From a virus (taxonomy: Duplodnaviria; Caudoviricetes), in IMG/VR virus record IMGVR_UViG_3300009037_000004, positions 32,001 through 96,000 of that record: a DNA stretch of 64,000 nt, one strand, 5' to 3'. Both the position numbers and the translations under genes were made by a program. A model generated the notes under the pieces. It saw nothing but the letters and a program-made list of their open reading frames with translations, was not told where the DNA came from and did not search any database. Of the stretch, positions 46,816 to 56,693 are shown piece after piece. How positions within the stretch are numbered: position 1 is the first letter of the stretch; each line of letters opens with the position of its first letter.

Positions 46816-47061
46816 CTACCCCGCGTGCATTCCAAGAGGAACCCATCCAGCCGGCGTACCCTCTTCCACCGCTTCCATCATCCGCCGGTGCCGCTCCAGT
46901 CCCTTGTCATGGCGATTCATCGCCGCGACGTACTTGACGGGATTCTGGGAGACATTCTTGAGCATGGCATTCGTCAACATCCGACCTACGATCCCACCCT
47001 GCCCCTCTTTCACGACACCGATCTTCTCCAGCTCATCGAAGAATCCAACCAGGGAGATCAC
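46816..47061 (-). CDS. DELEKI-tag small protein
   Basis: GGAGG RBS; MISLVGFFDELEKIG. Confidence 0.7.
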   Translation of the reverse strand: MISLVGFFDELEKIGVVKEGQGGIVGRMLTNAMLKNVSQNPVKYVAAMNRHDKGLERHRRMMEAVEEGTPAGWVPLGMHAG

Positions 47062-47942
47062 AGGCCACCTCCTCCAAACTCGGTTGCCGAAGGCGGCGCC
47101 ACTTCAGCCGACTCGGCTGATGTGAGCTTGCCCGTTCCCGGCACCTTCTGCCGCTGGGGACTCAGTAGAGAGCCAGGAGATGGCGGAGGTGGAGCAGAGG
47201 GAGCACTGGCCCCCGGCATCTCGTTCGCATCCAGACCACTGGGCATAGCCCCCGGAGCTCCCCCCGGCATCTTCGATCCCCCAGCGTCAGCGGGATTGGC
47301 AGCGGGCATGTCTCCAGCGCCCAGAGTTCCCGGCATGTCTCCACCACTCAACCCCCCAACCATCCCGGAGGAAGCAGGAGTTGGAGAGGGAGGTGAGGGG
47401 GGAGGAGTTGCGGGGACTGCCGCAGCTCCGGTAGCTGCGCCTCCACTACCCACGCCGCCCCCACTCGAGAGTTGATCTACGGACGCCTTCGCCTTCGTGC
47501 TGGTCGCGCTCAAGGCCCCCCGTTGCCCGAGAAGAGAGCCCGGCTGAGCCTCGCCGATCTTCTCCAGCTCATCGAAGAAAGCGGCCCACATGGCAGTCTT
47601 GATTGAGGGGCATCCCTCCCTCAATTTGTCACGAAGCGCATTCCGCTCTGCTCTTTTTGCTGGACCCCGACCCTCGACTATTTCTCTAGCACGAGGCTGT
47701 TTTGGACGAAGGATACCCGCCGACTTCTGGTACTCACTCTTGGGCTCATCATACTTCTGCTTCGCCTCGCGGACGCCCTGAGCCGTGCGGAAGTCCTTGG
47801 GAGTCTTGCCGACCTTGTGCCCCTGCTGAACCGCGATTGGATACGCGACATCTTTGGGCATCCCCGGATTGTCCTTCATGATTCCATGAGCGCGATCGTG
47901 TACCCACTTCCCGGCGGGTCCAACGGACTGACTACCCGGCAT
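47058..47942 (-). CDS. DELEKI-tag protein with a G/P/A-rich disordered tail
   Basis: AGGAGG RBS; internal KTAMWAAFFDELEKIG; repeated MPG/MPA/MPS. Confidence 0.75.
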   Translation of the reverse strand: MPGSQSVGPAGKWVHDRAHGIMKDNPGMPKDVAYPIAVQQGHKVGKTPKDFRTAQGVREAKQKYDEPKSEYQKSAGILRPKQPRAREIVEGRGPAKRAERNALRDKLREGCPSIKTAMWAAFFDELEKIGEAQPGSLLGQRGALSATSTKAKASVDQLSSGGGVGSGGAATGAAAVPATPPPSPPSPTPASSGMVGGLSGGDMPGTLGAGDMPAANPADAGGSKMPGGAPGAMPSGLDANEMPGASAPSAPPPPSPGSLLSPQRQKVPGTGKLTSAESAEVAPPSATEFGGGGL

Positions 47943-47951
47943 GAGAACCTC

Positions 47952-48899
47952 CTACGAACTTCTGGGAGCTGATGGTAGGTCAGGAACTTGGATTTGGAAA
48001 GGATCGTCTTGGACGAGGTCTTCATCCATGAGGTCGAACTCAGTCCCCGTGCTGGGGACGAGGATACGCCTGATGACCGAGGTGCCCGCCAGAACCACGT
48101 CCACCGTAGAGCCCTTCACCAACGTCACCTCTGCCTGACCTACTCCATCCGTCTCGATCTCCTTCGCCCGGCCGGCGAAGAAGTAGCCATCCTTCGAGTA
48201 GGGGCTGAAGATATTGACGATCGCGATCTTCGACCCAACCAATGCCGTACCATCGATGTCCGCCAACTTGATCTTCCCCACGATCAGATCAGAGGACGGG
48301 ATGGCTGCGCCAGTCGTGCCTTGGGTCCAGTCGGAGTAGGAGCTGAAAGTCCCAGAGATGGAGTTGTAATACCGCTCACGATACCAGTACGAAGCTTCAC
48401 CGCTCTTATCGTCGTACTCGTACTCATCCACCCCAGCCAGAAGAGTGATGTTGGCGTCCTCCCCATTGTCCTTGTCCCCCACTGTGAAGCCAAGGATGGT
48501 AATCCCCGTACCCCCAGTGATCTCCAGCGTGCCACCTGTTCCGAGCGTCGTGCCAGTGATCTTAGGCTTGCCGGTGCCGTCGTTCGACATCGTGGCGCCA
48601 GTGATGGCCGCGTCGAACTCCCCGATTACGTTGGTCAGGCTGATAGGGTTGGCCGAGAGGAAGGTGACAGTCTGCTCTGAGCCGCCGTTCACCTTGAGCT
48701 TCAGACTCTTCCCCTGGAGAGCCGCGAATGGTCCCTCCGCTGTGGCGACCAGGTAGGGAGCTGCAGCCGCGTCATCTGTAATGAACTTGGCATCGGTGTA
48801 AGGCGTCCCTGACTCCGATCGCTGAACCTGGATCTTGTCGAACAGCGACATGACATTGGAGATCTCGGGGACGAAGATCTTGATCTTGATGATGGCCAT
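47952..48899 (-). CDS. Virion structural protein
   Basis: TVTF.SANPISL module shared with 23513..27070; Fn3-like YWYR.RYYN. Confidence 0.65.
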   Translation of the reverse strand: MAIIKIKIFVPEISNVMSLFDKIQVQRSESGTPYTDAKFITDDAAAAPYLVATAEGPFAALQGKSLKLKVNGGSEQTVTFLSANPISLTNVIGEFDAAITGATMSNDGTGKPKITGTTLGTGGTLEITGGTGITILGFTVGDKDNGEDANITLLAGVDEYEYDDKSGEASYWYRERYYNSISGTFSSYSDWTQGTTGAAIPSSDLIVGKIKLADIDGTALVGSKIAIVNIFSPYSKDGYFFAGRAKEIETDGVGQAEVTLVKGSTVDVVLAGTSVIRRILVPSTGTEFDLMDEDLVQDDPFQIQVPDLPSAPRSS

Positions 48900-49192
48900 T
48901 AGCTCTTCTCCACCTTCTTGGTGATCGGACGGAGCTCCTGAGCCGTGATGGACTCAGGCCGAGGATCTGGGGAAGGAGGAGCAGGAGCGACCGCGTCTTC
49001 TGTCCTGGGCTTCAGCTCCAGAATCGCCCGGGTCAGCGGCGGGGTCAGGGTCGGTGCGGCAGGAGTGGTGGCACTTCGAATCCGAGGTCGAACTTCCAGG
49101 GCCGCCTGCGTCTGGGGATGGTCATAGCTGATGACCTGGTCCCGCTGGCAGCAGGATTTGATCATACCCCTGGTGGCCAATGCAACGCTCAT
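48899..49192 (-). CDS. Small protein with a three-fold A.ELRP repeat
   Basis: ALEVRP, ILELKP, AQELRP. Confidence 0.6.
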   Translation of the reverse strand: MSVALATRGMIKSCCQRDQVISYDHPQTQAALEVRPRIRSATTPAAPTLTPPLTRAILELKPRTEDAVAPAPPSPDPRPESITAQELRPITKKVEKS

Positions 49193-49731
49193 ACAACTCT
49201 CTTCACCCGGTACGTCCCCATTCTACATTCGTTCTCGTACGTTGTCTCGATCTGGTACGTCGCGATCAACCCTGTAGTCTCGCTTCCGCCATCCGTGGCT
49301 GCCTCTACGTTGGCCTTGGAGTCGAAAATGCGGACTCGCGCGGTGAGGAGCTGACCGAATGGGTCGTGGGTAGTGTCGTCAATGAAGGCGTTCTCGTGCA
49401 CCAGGCCGAGGATGCGGATGAGCTTGGCTGCCAGATCGTCCAGCCCGGCTTGGGATACGAAGATCTGCTCAATCTCGCGGGTGTAGGTGATGTTCTCGAT
49501 CGAGTGTCCGGAATCCGAGTAGACGATGAAGACAGCCGAGAACACCCCCACCGCCGCCGGCGTGTAGGAGGCTTCGTAACGTCCCCGTGCTGTGTGAGCC
49601 AGGCTAAGAGTCTCAAGCGGGGTAATCCCAGCAGCAGCATAAATCTCGGCCTGGGGATACTGAGCAGTATTCCCATCCTCCAAGATCATTACGATCGGGA
49701 CTGCTGTCCCAACTGTGGCTGGGACCGACAT
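49189..49731 (-). CDS. Hypothetical virion protein
   Basis: GRYEASYTP...G; RILGLVHEN. Confidence 0.65.
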   Translation of the reverse strand: MSVPATVGTAVPIVMILEDGNTAQYPQAEIYAAAGITPLETLSLAHTARGRYEASYTPAAVGVFSAVFIVYSDSGHSIENITYTREIEQIFVSQAGLDDLAAKLIRILGLVHENAFIDDTTHDPFGQLLTARVRIFDSKANVEAATDGGSETTGLIATYQIETTYENECRMGTYRVKRVV

Positions 49732-49745
49732 GCAGCAATCCTACC

Positions 49746-50396
49746 CTACTTGCTCTTCTTCGCCGGCATCTTTTTCGGTGCCGGCTCAGGCTTCGGGGGA
49801 AGAGGAGGCGGTGTGGGCTCATCCACATCAGGCGGAGTTGGGTCTTTCACGTACACGACCTTCCGTAACTTGCTGTTCTTGATCTCTGACCGAACTTCCT
49901 GATTGCTCGTGGTGACCATAGCCTCCAGTTTGTTGGCGAACACCGCGAACTTGTAGACCCCGATTGCCCCGCCCACGAACAGTCCAGAGACTGTAGAGAT
50001 GATAGCCAACCAAGCGATCAAAACTTTGCGTCTCTTCTCTTTCCTTGCCTCCGCCTTCTCCTCCAGGGCAGTCTCCATCTCCTGTACAGTAGGGGCCGAA
50101 GCAGAACGCATCATCTCTGTCGTGATTGCCTGGTGACCGAGACTACTGCCGCTTCTCTTGATCTCCTGGATGATCTCTCCCTTGACAATCTCCATGCTAC
50201 GAGAGACCTGACGATGACGTTCGTCACAGGTAGGCGTCTTCACCGTATGGGAAAGCTGCGCCTTGATATCCTTGATGTCATCTGTGATGACAGACTGTTG
50301 ATCTTTGAGCGTCTCGGTGGCCTCGCGCGTCCTGCCGATATCCCCAGCTATCTGGATCAAGATCTGGGTGGTGTTTCTGTCTTCGGGGGCCATCAC
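49746..50396 (-). CDS. Coiled-coil single-TM membrane protein
   Basis: TM segment LIAWLAIISTVSGLFVGGAIGVY after a basic cluster; Pro-rich tail. Confidence 0.7.
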   Translation of the reverse strand: MMAPEDRNTTQILIQIAGDIGRTREATETLKDQQSVITDDIKDIKAQLSHTVKTPTCDERHRQVSRSMEIVKGEIIQEIKRSGSSLGHQAITTEMMRSASAPTVQEMETALEEKAEARKEKRRKVLIAWLAIISTVSGLFVGGAIGVYKFAVFANKLEAMVTTSNQEVRSEIKNSKLRKVVYVKDPTPPDVDEPTPPPLPPKPEPAPKKMPAKKSK

Positions 50397-50675
50397 TCAC
50401 TCCTCTGATTTCAAGCCTGCATGATTGGAGCCATCCCCATCCACGCTCTCCTCATCCCCATTATCCTCTAGGGGGCACCCCAGGCCCAGCTTCTCCAGGC
50501 ATCGGGTATTGACCTCTTCGATGAGCCGCCCCTGCCGCTGCCAAGCTGCCAAGGTCAGCGTTTGCTGTGTCTCAATAGACTCCAGCCGTTCGTCAATCCG
50601 CTCGAGCTTGGACATCACGTTCTGGAAGAGGTCTGAGGTCTGTAGTTTCTTGCGCTTCACGGGCTTGTCAGTCAT
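50397..50675 (-). CDS. Hypothetical coiled-coil protein
   Basis: LERIDERLESIE heptads; tiles the operon. Confidence 0.6.
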   Translation of the reverse strand: MTDKPVKRKKLQTSDLFQNVMSKLERIDERLESIETQQTLTLAAWQRQGRLIEEVNTRCLEKLGLGCPLEDNGDEESVDGDGSNHAGLKSEE

Positions 50676-51252
50676 CGGAACGTCCTACTTCCTTCTGCAC
50701 GTCCGGATTGATCTGTTCAACCAAGAACTCGGAGGACTGCGAGAGCCTTCGTAGCAGGGTGAGGGGGCTGCTCAACTCAGACTGCAGCCCCTCAACGGCC
50801 TTGTAGCCCGCATGACGTAGGAGGTCCACCCACAGTTCTGTGCAGTGGACGGCCTTCTTGTTCCACTTCGTGGTGAGCCACTTCCCGATGAGCTTCCAGA
50901 GCCACTTCATCCTGGTCATGATCCCCACAGAACCGGCGGCCATCCAGTCATAAGCCTCGTTCCCGTATTTCTCGATCAGCCAGGAGAGATGCTTGCTCAG
51001 ACCTTCTTCTGTGATCAGGGGACCCGTCACAGGCCGAACGATGGCCTGCACCGTGTTGTTCTTGATGAAGTACTTGGCAGGAGCAAAATCCACACCCCCC
51101 TCACTAGACTCCATGATCACGTCGGCTTTGTAGATCTTGAAGTTTCCTACAGTGTGGGAGAGGTACTTCGACTTTGTCCACCAGGCCACGAACCAAGATC
51201 CAAACCCACGCCCCTTGGAGAAGAGCAGCTTGAATTCCGGTTGGCGCATCAC
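50668..51252 (-). CDS. Permuted papain-like NlpC/P60 (YaeF/YiiX-like) enzyme
   Basis: Catalytic His in LSHT, then ES...GV, G..YD, and Cys in HCTEL (His precedes Cys). Confidence 0.75.
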   Translation of the reverse strand: MMRQPEFKLLFSKGRGFGSWFVAWWTKSKYLSHTVGNFKIYKADVIMESSEGGVDFAPAKYFIKNNTVQAIVRPVTGPLITEEGLSKHLSWLIEKYGNEAYDWMAAGSVGIMTRMKWLWKLIGKWLTTKWNKKAVHCTELWVDLLRHAGYKAVEGLQSELSSPLTLLRRLSQSSEFLVEQINPDVQKEVGRSDD

Positions 51253-52019
51253 ATCGCTCCTGGTCTGAAGATCATAAGGTAACCGCCGATCTTACCCGCC
51301 CCGGCCGTGACTCGTGTGACCTTGAAGCAGAGCTTCCACTTTTTGCTGATCCACTCGGCCTTGTAGGCGTCGAGATCCCAGACGCCGAGGGGCGAGCCAC
51401 AGTCCATGTTCTTGCAAAAGAACATCTCGATGGCGAGATCGTACAAATTCCAAGCACCCTTGTCCGCACCGTTCGGTGTGATGGCCTCAGTCCAATGCTC
51501 GTCCACATCCCAGTACCCAGCGCCCTCACCCGACTTGGTGCTGTACCCATCTGGGATAGGGACGGCCTGTGCTAGATCGACGTCGTAGGCCCCATCTCCC
51601 GCTGCCGGGACGATGATATTGAAGCCCAAGCCGGTGGGCACGAGGTTGCAGTTGCCCGTGTTGGTCAGGTTCTCGGTCGCAACCGTGGCAGGCATTCGAA
51701 CGGAGATGCTCCACGAGTCCTCAAATCCCCAGTCTCCAGCAGGTCTCCAGGAGATGTGGCCGTCATGCAACTCGATCGGTTCGCAGAATTGGGCTTCGCA
51801 CTCCTTGGTGTCGGGCTCCGTGAAGGAGAGGAAGAACTGCGTGCCCTCTCCACGACCAGAACTGGGAGGCGTGGGGTTCAGGTTATCTCCCCGAGCGGAC
51901 AGCCAGGTGAACGTGCCCTCGGTAGCCGGGCTGTTCACCATTACCGGCTTCTTATCGTACTCTCGGGGCGAGTCGAGGGCGGTGAGAGGCACACCCTCAT
52001 CTGTCTTTGGGACACTCAC
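51249..52019 (-). CDS. Hypothetical virion protein
   Basis: 256-aa ORF tiling the operon; GGAG RBS. Confidence 0.65.
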   Translation of the reverse strand: MSVPKTDEGVPLTALDSPREYDKKPVMVNSPATEGTFTWLSARGDNLNPTPPSSGRGEGTQFFLSFTEPDTKECEAQFCEPIELHDGHISWRPAGDWGFEDSWSISVRMPATVATENLTNTGNCNLVPTGLGFNIIVPAAGDGAYDVDLAQAVPIPDGYSTKSGEGAGYWDVDEHWTEAITPNGADKGAWNLYDLAIEMFFCKNMDCGSPLGVWDLDAYKAEWISKKWKLCFKVTRVTAGAGKIGGYLMIFRPGAM

Positions 52020-52022
52020 GCT

Positions 52023-52349
52023 TTATCTCCAAGCAGCCGTGACATTCACTTCTCCGGCTGCCATCAGAGTCGTCACAGCTCTGATCGCCCGAAGGGAATA
52101 GCCCGACAGACGAACCAGATCAGCTTTGTTGACCGTGGCCACTGTTGACCACCGAAGAGGCTTCTCGGGATCGTCCTGCGTTCCCTCGATGAGCACTGTT
52201 CCAGAAAATGGCTTGGCGTTGTCGCTCGACGCAACTTGAACCGTCAGATCCTGTGCATCCTCGACATTGATCGGTTTGCCCTCTGAGTCCTTGTCGGACT
52301 TGAGAAGTTCCTCGACGTGCATGCGCTTCCTCCAAGAGAACCATTTCAT
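52023..52349 (-). CDS. Small beta-sandwich protein
   Basis: GTV.IEGT.D...W.......IRA pattern. Confidence 0.6.
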   Translation of the reverse strand: MKWFSWRKRMHVEELLKSDKDSEGKPINVEDAQDLTVQVASSDNAKPFSGTVLIEGTQDDPEKPLRWSTVATVNKADLVRLSGYSLRAIRAVTTLMAAGEVNVTAAWR

Positions 52350-53260
52350 GGTGTTTCCTGTGTGAAGACAAAGGTCACATCAAATGACCCAGCGGTCGTA
52401 TTGGTGGCACACTTGAAGCTGAGTCCTTCGTTTGCACGTAGCACAATAGGTTTCAGCGGAGGTGCCACACGCCACACTGGACCCATCGTGAACAATCCCT
52501 GCGCCATACCTTCAACGTCCAACGTACCCGGCCCCCAATCGTCTGAAGAAACTCGCCGCGCAAACAACCCCGATGCCGCTTCACCGGCAACTGTCGCTCC
52601 AGTCAGAGCACTCAGACTTCCGCTCAAGGAGTCAGCAGTGTCATGTGGAAGTGGGGTCACCCCTGAACCGCCGGAGTGACCTGTGATCCGCCGACCTTCA
52701 AACAAGGCCACGACCCCGGTGATCGCCGTCGTGCTGGCGTTAGACAGCCAGATTTCCCTCACTCTGGCCACCACAGTGCTGCCAGATGCGTTGACGAGTG
52801 ACAGCAATGACTTGCCGTTGCCGAGCACAACGCCTTGCGCGGTTGCTATGAAAGTGGCTAGTTCAAACTCTTGGGCCTCTACACGCAATCGACGTATGGC
52901 AGCGTAGCTCAGAACATCCGCGACAGAAGTTCCATCCCAGACTTTCACTCGGCCGATACCGTTGTCTCCCTCCGGGAGGGAGTCCGTGATCTTCTTGATA
53001 CCAGCCGTGTCCCTGATAGCGGTCAGGATGGTCTCCAGCGAAGTGAGCTTCCCACTCTCCTTTGCTGGATCACTGGGGATGTTGTCTGTCTTGGCCTTGA
53101 TGGAAGCCAAGTTCCCATCCTCAGTCGCCGGATTGATCTGTGTTCCGCTCGCACTCAGCAACTTGCCGAGCATGGAGAGGCGATAGACACCACTGTCGGA
53201 GACGACAGAAACTGGGTTCCCACTGGCATCGTACAGGATGACAACTGGGCTCTTAGCCAT
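52346..53260 (-). CDS. Hypothetical virion (fibre-like) protein
   Basis: NPATE..L..IKAKTD; LP.G.N.IG.V; PIVLR..EG. Confidence 0.65.
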   Translation of the reverse strand: MAKSPVVILYDASGNPVSVVSDSGVYRLSMLGKLLSASGTQINPATEDGNLASIKAKTDNIPSDPAKESGKLTSLETILTAIRDTAGIKKITDSLPEGDNGIGRVKVWDGTSVADVLSYAAIRRLRVEAQEFELATFIATAQGVVLGNGKSLLSLVNASGSTVVARVREIWLSNASTTAITGVVALFEGRRITGHSGGSGVTPLPHDTADSLSGSLSALTGATVAGEAASGLFARRVSSDDWGPGTLDVEGMAQGLFTMGPVWRVAPPLKPIVLRANEGLSFKCATNTTAGSFDVTFVFTQETP

Positions 53261-53760
53261 CAGTACACCACGATCGCTCTGCTTCGACTGGTTTCGATGA
53301 CCCCAGTGTAACTGATAGTGTCCGTAGCGTCAGCAGCCGGACTCACTCCATCGACCTGATACACGATCCACTTCTCGGTGGCGAAGGTCTTGTTGGCGTT
53401 GTACGTCCCCTCCCACCGGCAGATCTTTTTGAGCTTGGCAGAGGTCTCGTACCAGGTTTCATCCGTAGGAAAGACGGTCCCCGTGTAGTTGGTCTCGCAG
53501 TAGAGAGGTCCCGCACCAAAGCCATCTCCAGGGGAATTGGTCTCGAGGAAATGGATCAACTGACGCAGAACAAGATGCTGTTCCGCAGTGATGCCTGAGC
53601 CACCAGTACGGGGATTGAACAGACCGAGGGCGTCCCGAAAGTGGAACTCGCCGTTGACGGACCTGACGGTACCTACTTCGTTGGCAGGCTCGTCCGCGCT
53701 GTCGATGAAAAAGATCTCATCGACACGCTCACCACGAACGCCGGTCCCATCGATCGGCAT
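53260..53760 (-). CDS. Hypothetical virion protein
   Basis: GIT..QH..LRQLIHF; coupled start and stop. Confidence 0.65.
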   Translation of the reverse strand: MPIDGTGVRGERVDEIFFIDSADEPANEVGTVRSVNGEFHFRDALGLFNPRTGGSGITAEQHLVLRQLIHFLETNSPGDGFGAGPLYCETNYTGTVFPTDETWYETSAKLKKICRWEGTYNANKTFATEKWIVYQVDGVSPAADATDTISYTGVIETSRSRAIVVY

Positions 53761-54332
53761 CAGGCACGGCTCTTCCGCCCTCGCTTCTTGGGCTTCTCAG
53801 GAGGAGCTTCCGGAAGTTCGGGTGGGACCTCGGCAGCCTTGCGATCTACAGCCTTGCCATGCTCGAGCCGTGCAGCCTCACCTGCCGTACGGGGAGCCGT
53901 CAGCACTGCCTCCTCCCCCTTGGCCGCCAGCTCCATGAAGGTCTGGAGCTTCTGCGTCTCGTCATCCCGCATCTTCTGCACGATCTTCATGGCGTCCTGA
54001 AGACCTGCCGCGCGACCACCCTGTGCGACCGCCTTCTGCTGCTCCACGTCCGCCATGTGCCCCAGGTAGTCGCCCGCCCGAGTCAGCCACTGCTTGACGA
54101 TCTGCACCACGAGATGTGCCTCGAGACCGTCCTTGATTGCCTTCTCCCCCTCCTGGTCTGCCTCCAACTTGGCGATCAAGTCTGCTGGAACCTTCTTCGC
54201 CGCCTGCCGCAGGGCTTGTGCTGCACCTGCCAGCTCGCTCGCCGCTTTCTGTTCACCACCGAGACGGTCTTCCATGTCCGCCCCGAGGTTGTTCGCGACT
54301 GCGATCTTGAGCTGTGCCTTATCGAGGTTCAT
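53760..54332 (-). CDS. Hypothetical helical protein
   Basis: GAGG RBS; Ala-rich helices, basic tail. Confidence 0.7.
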   Translation of the reverse strand: MNLDKAQLKIAVANNLGADMEDRLGGEQKAASELAGAAQALRQAAKKVPADLIAKLEADQEGEKAIKDGLEAHLVVQIVKQWLTRAGDYLGHMADVEQQKAVAQGGRAAGLQDAMKIVQKMRDDETQKLQTFMELAAKGEEAVLTAPRTAGEAARLEHGKAVDRKAAEVPPELPEAPPEKPKKRGRKSRA

Positions 54333-54353
54333 CGGCCCTACCTCAGAGGATTA

Positions 54354-54387
54354 CCCGCAGGACCCAGCGTCAACCAGGTCCTGCGGG
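54354..54387. other. 11-bp intergenic inverted repeat (mRNA-stabilising or terminator-like hairpin)
   Basis: CCCGCAGGACC / GGTCCTGCGGG downstream of the 540-aa gene; no U-tract. Confidence 0.55.
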
Positions 54388-54399
54388 GCGCGGGTTGTA

Positions 54400-56022
54400 C
54401 TAGCTACCCCAGACGATCATGCAGAGCTGGTCGGGCTTGGAACCGGTGCCCTTGAGCCCGAACTCGAACATGAGATCGCCGTTGGCGGGCGTGGTGCCCG
54501 GGTACACGTCGTGGTTGGCGGCAGCATTCGCCCCGTTGCGGAGCAGCTCGCCGTTGAGGTACACGTCCACGTCGTCCACGAACGTGCCGACCCCCGAGTA
54601 GTCCGGGAGCTGGGCGTCGAGGTTGGGGCTTCCACCAGCGCCAGTGACGTTGGTGTCGGCCGCGACGTCGGCCGTGAGGGCGGCGTACGCCTTGACCCGC
54701 GCGGCCTTGTGGCTGGCCTGCACGAGGGCGTTCATGAGCGAGACCTCGCCGAACTCCGTCTCGTAGTTGTCCCACTCGGCGGTGGTATCGGAGAGCTTGA
54801 CCGACGTGGCCGTCCAGGTGGAGCCCGTTCGGTTCACGTCGTCGAAGAGGATCTCCCCGCCCACGGAGTCGAGCTTCAGGTCTCCGGTGGCGCCAGTGGC
54901 CACGGTGAGAGCGCCGCCACTGTCGATTTGGTTGGCGGTGACACCGATCTGGATGGTGGTGCCCGCCGCGCCAGTGTCGATCTTGACGCCGTTGAGGAAG
55001 TCGGACTCGACCGCATCGACATCGAACTGATCGACGTCGTCCTCGACCGCGACCTTGCTGGTGCCGCCAGCCGAACCCTCGATGATCTGGAAGAGCACGG
55101 CCTCCAGGTCGTCTCGGATCTGCCACACCAGCCCCGCGCCCTCCAGGTCGAGGTACGAGCTGGTCGTGACATCGACCGGCGTCGTGCCCTGGTTGTCGTA
55201 GGCCACCTGTCGGGTCGGGGTGACCGCGCCACCACCGATGTCCGTGACCGCGCCCTTGAGGAAGTCGGCCTCGGTCAGGGCATCGAGAGACACACGCTCG
55301 CGTGTGGCGTAGTTGATGGTCTTGCCCGCGATGTCGGCGACCGGGCAAGCCTCGAGATCGTCGAACGTGGCGTTGGGCCGGACGAACGAGATCTGCGCCC
55401 TGACCGGGGTGGTCCCCGTCATCGTGTGTCCATCGGTTGCGGTTTCCGACTGGATGAGACCCCAGACTTGACGACCGTCCGAGAGGACAGGATCGCCAGT
55501 GGCGGCGTCCACGATGGTGAGCAGGTTCTTCGGGTTCAGGGCGTGTGGGCCAGCGACTTCGTCCAGGGAGTGCGTGCCGAACGTGCCCGCGTGGTGAGCG
55601 ACGACCGTACCCTTGGTCGTGACTGCACCAACGGCTGCCGTGGTGTTAGAAGGCAGCTCACCGAGAGCCAGAATCTCCCAGTTCTGCGCGGCGGTCACAC
55701 TGACGTCGATGCCGACACGGAAGACGTCACGCAGAACACGCTTCTTCTCGATCGCGTGCAGCGCGGCGTTGGTCGCGTCGATGCCTCGGATGGTGCCGTT
55801 CTCGAGTGCGGTCGGCTGGGTCAGATCGCTGTACCAGTTGCCCGAGGGGAAGCTGGCCCCGTTGCGGTTCAGGAAGTTCTGGATCTGAGACCGCAAATGG
55901 TTGAGGTTGTCCTCGACGTTTGCCGGATTGGTCTCGTACGCGGCGAGGGTCGGGGCGATCGTATCGTCGTATGTATTGGACGGTGCGATCTGTGCATCCT
56001 GACGAATGAAAGTACGTCCCAT
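54400..56022 (-). CDS. Probably abundant virion protein (540 aa)
   Basis: Extreme GC3 codon bias; AGGAG RBS; C-terminal VYLNG.LL.NG...DVY domain. Confidence 0.75.
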   Translation of the reverse strand: MGRTFIRQDAQIAPSNTYDDTIAPTLAAYETNPANVEDNLNHLRSQIQNFLNRNGASFPSGNWYSDLTQPTALENGTIRGIDATNAALHAIEKKRVLRDVFRVGIDVSVTAAQNWEILALGELPSNTTAAVGAVTTKGTVVAHHAGTFGTHSLDEVAGPHALNPKNLLTIVDAATGDPVLSDGRQVWGLIQSETATDGHTMTGTTPVRAQISFVRPNATFDDLEACPVADIAGKTINYATRERVSLDALTEADFLKGAVTDIGGGAVTPTRQVAYDNQGTTPVDVTTSSYLDLEGAGLVWQIRDDLEAVLFQIIEGSAGGTSKVAVEDDVDQFDVDAVESDFLNGVKIDTGAAGTTIQIGVTANQIDSGGALTVATGATGDLKLDSVGGEILFDDVNRTGSTWTATSVKLSDTTAEWDNYETEFGEVSLMNALVQASHKAARVKAYAALTADVAADTNVTGAGGSPNLDAQLPDYSGVGTFVDDVDVYLNGELLRNGANAAANHDVYPGTTPANGDLMFEFGLKGTGSKPDQLCMIVWGS

Positions 56023-56031
56023 TTCTTTCTC

Positions 56032-56325
56032 CTACGGGGTGTGGTAATCCGCGATCAGCTTCTCATGATCTCTGGGCGGTATGGCCACCACTATGGTATC
56101 GTACCCTGTTCCCGGTCCGCCACTCTCCGATACCACGTAGTCATTCGAAACACCAAAGTGCAACCGCTGACCGTTCCGGTAGACCTTGATGTTCATGTTC
56201 GTGCCCTGCACAAATGGCTCTGGCGTTGTGAAATCCTGGTTCGACCCGTCATAAATCCCTAGAAGGGCAACTCCCTCGCGCACCTTCTCCGCAAAAGGAT
56301 CTCGTTTTCTGACAGTGACGGCCAT
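56032..56325 (-). CDS. Small virion beta-domain protein
   Basis: VYRNGQRL..G...DY pattern, similar to the C-domain of the neighbouring gene. Confidence 0.65.
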   Translation of the reverse strand: MAVTVRKRDPFAEKVREGVALLGIYDGSNQDFTTPEPFVQGTNMNIKVYRNGQRLHFGVSNDYVVSESGGPGTGYDTIVVAIPPRDHEKLIADYHTP

Positions 56326-56370
56326 TCCATTTCCACAAGTGTAAGAGACGATACGCAGTCCTGGGAAGAC

Positions 56371-56682
56371 CTATCCCGACTTCGTGGCGTCCTCTATCAC
56401 ACACAGCCCTTTCGCGGGGTCTACGAGGCGTAGGTTACGATCGCCTACCACCCCCAGCTTCTTGAACACCTCCTCCAAAATCTTTCCCTCCTCCGCCTCT
56501 AACTGCCTCTCCTCCCTCCGCAGATCTAGGAGAGACAACTCCAGATTCTGCCGCCTAGCCATGTTGAGCTTCTTCTTCACCGACATGAGCTCGAACCTCA
56601 TCAGCGTCACCTGATCGAGCTGGACGATGTGCGGCTTGGGGGCCTCCTCGATCGGTTCGACCTTCGGAATCTCATCGGTCAT
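56371..56682 (-). CDS. Hypothetical coiled-coil protein
   Basis: GGAGG RBS before the ATG at 56682. Confidence 0.6.
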   Translation of the reverse strand: MTDEIPKVEPIEEAPKPHIVQLDQVTLMRFELMSVKKKLNMARRQNLELSLLDLRREERQLEAEEGKILEEVFKKLGVVGDRNLRLVDPAKGLCVIEDATKSG

Positions 56683-56693
56683 CTGGTCCTCCA

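Noticed and set aside
54094-56262. 722-aa + strand ORF
   Set aside because: Antisense shadow of the highly biased 540-aa gene; V/D/R/G-rich with no recognisable domain.
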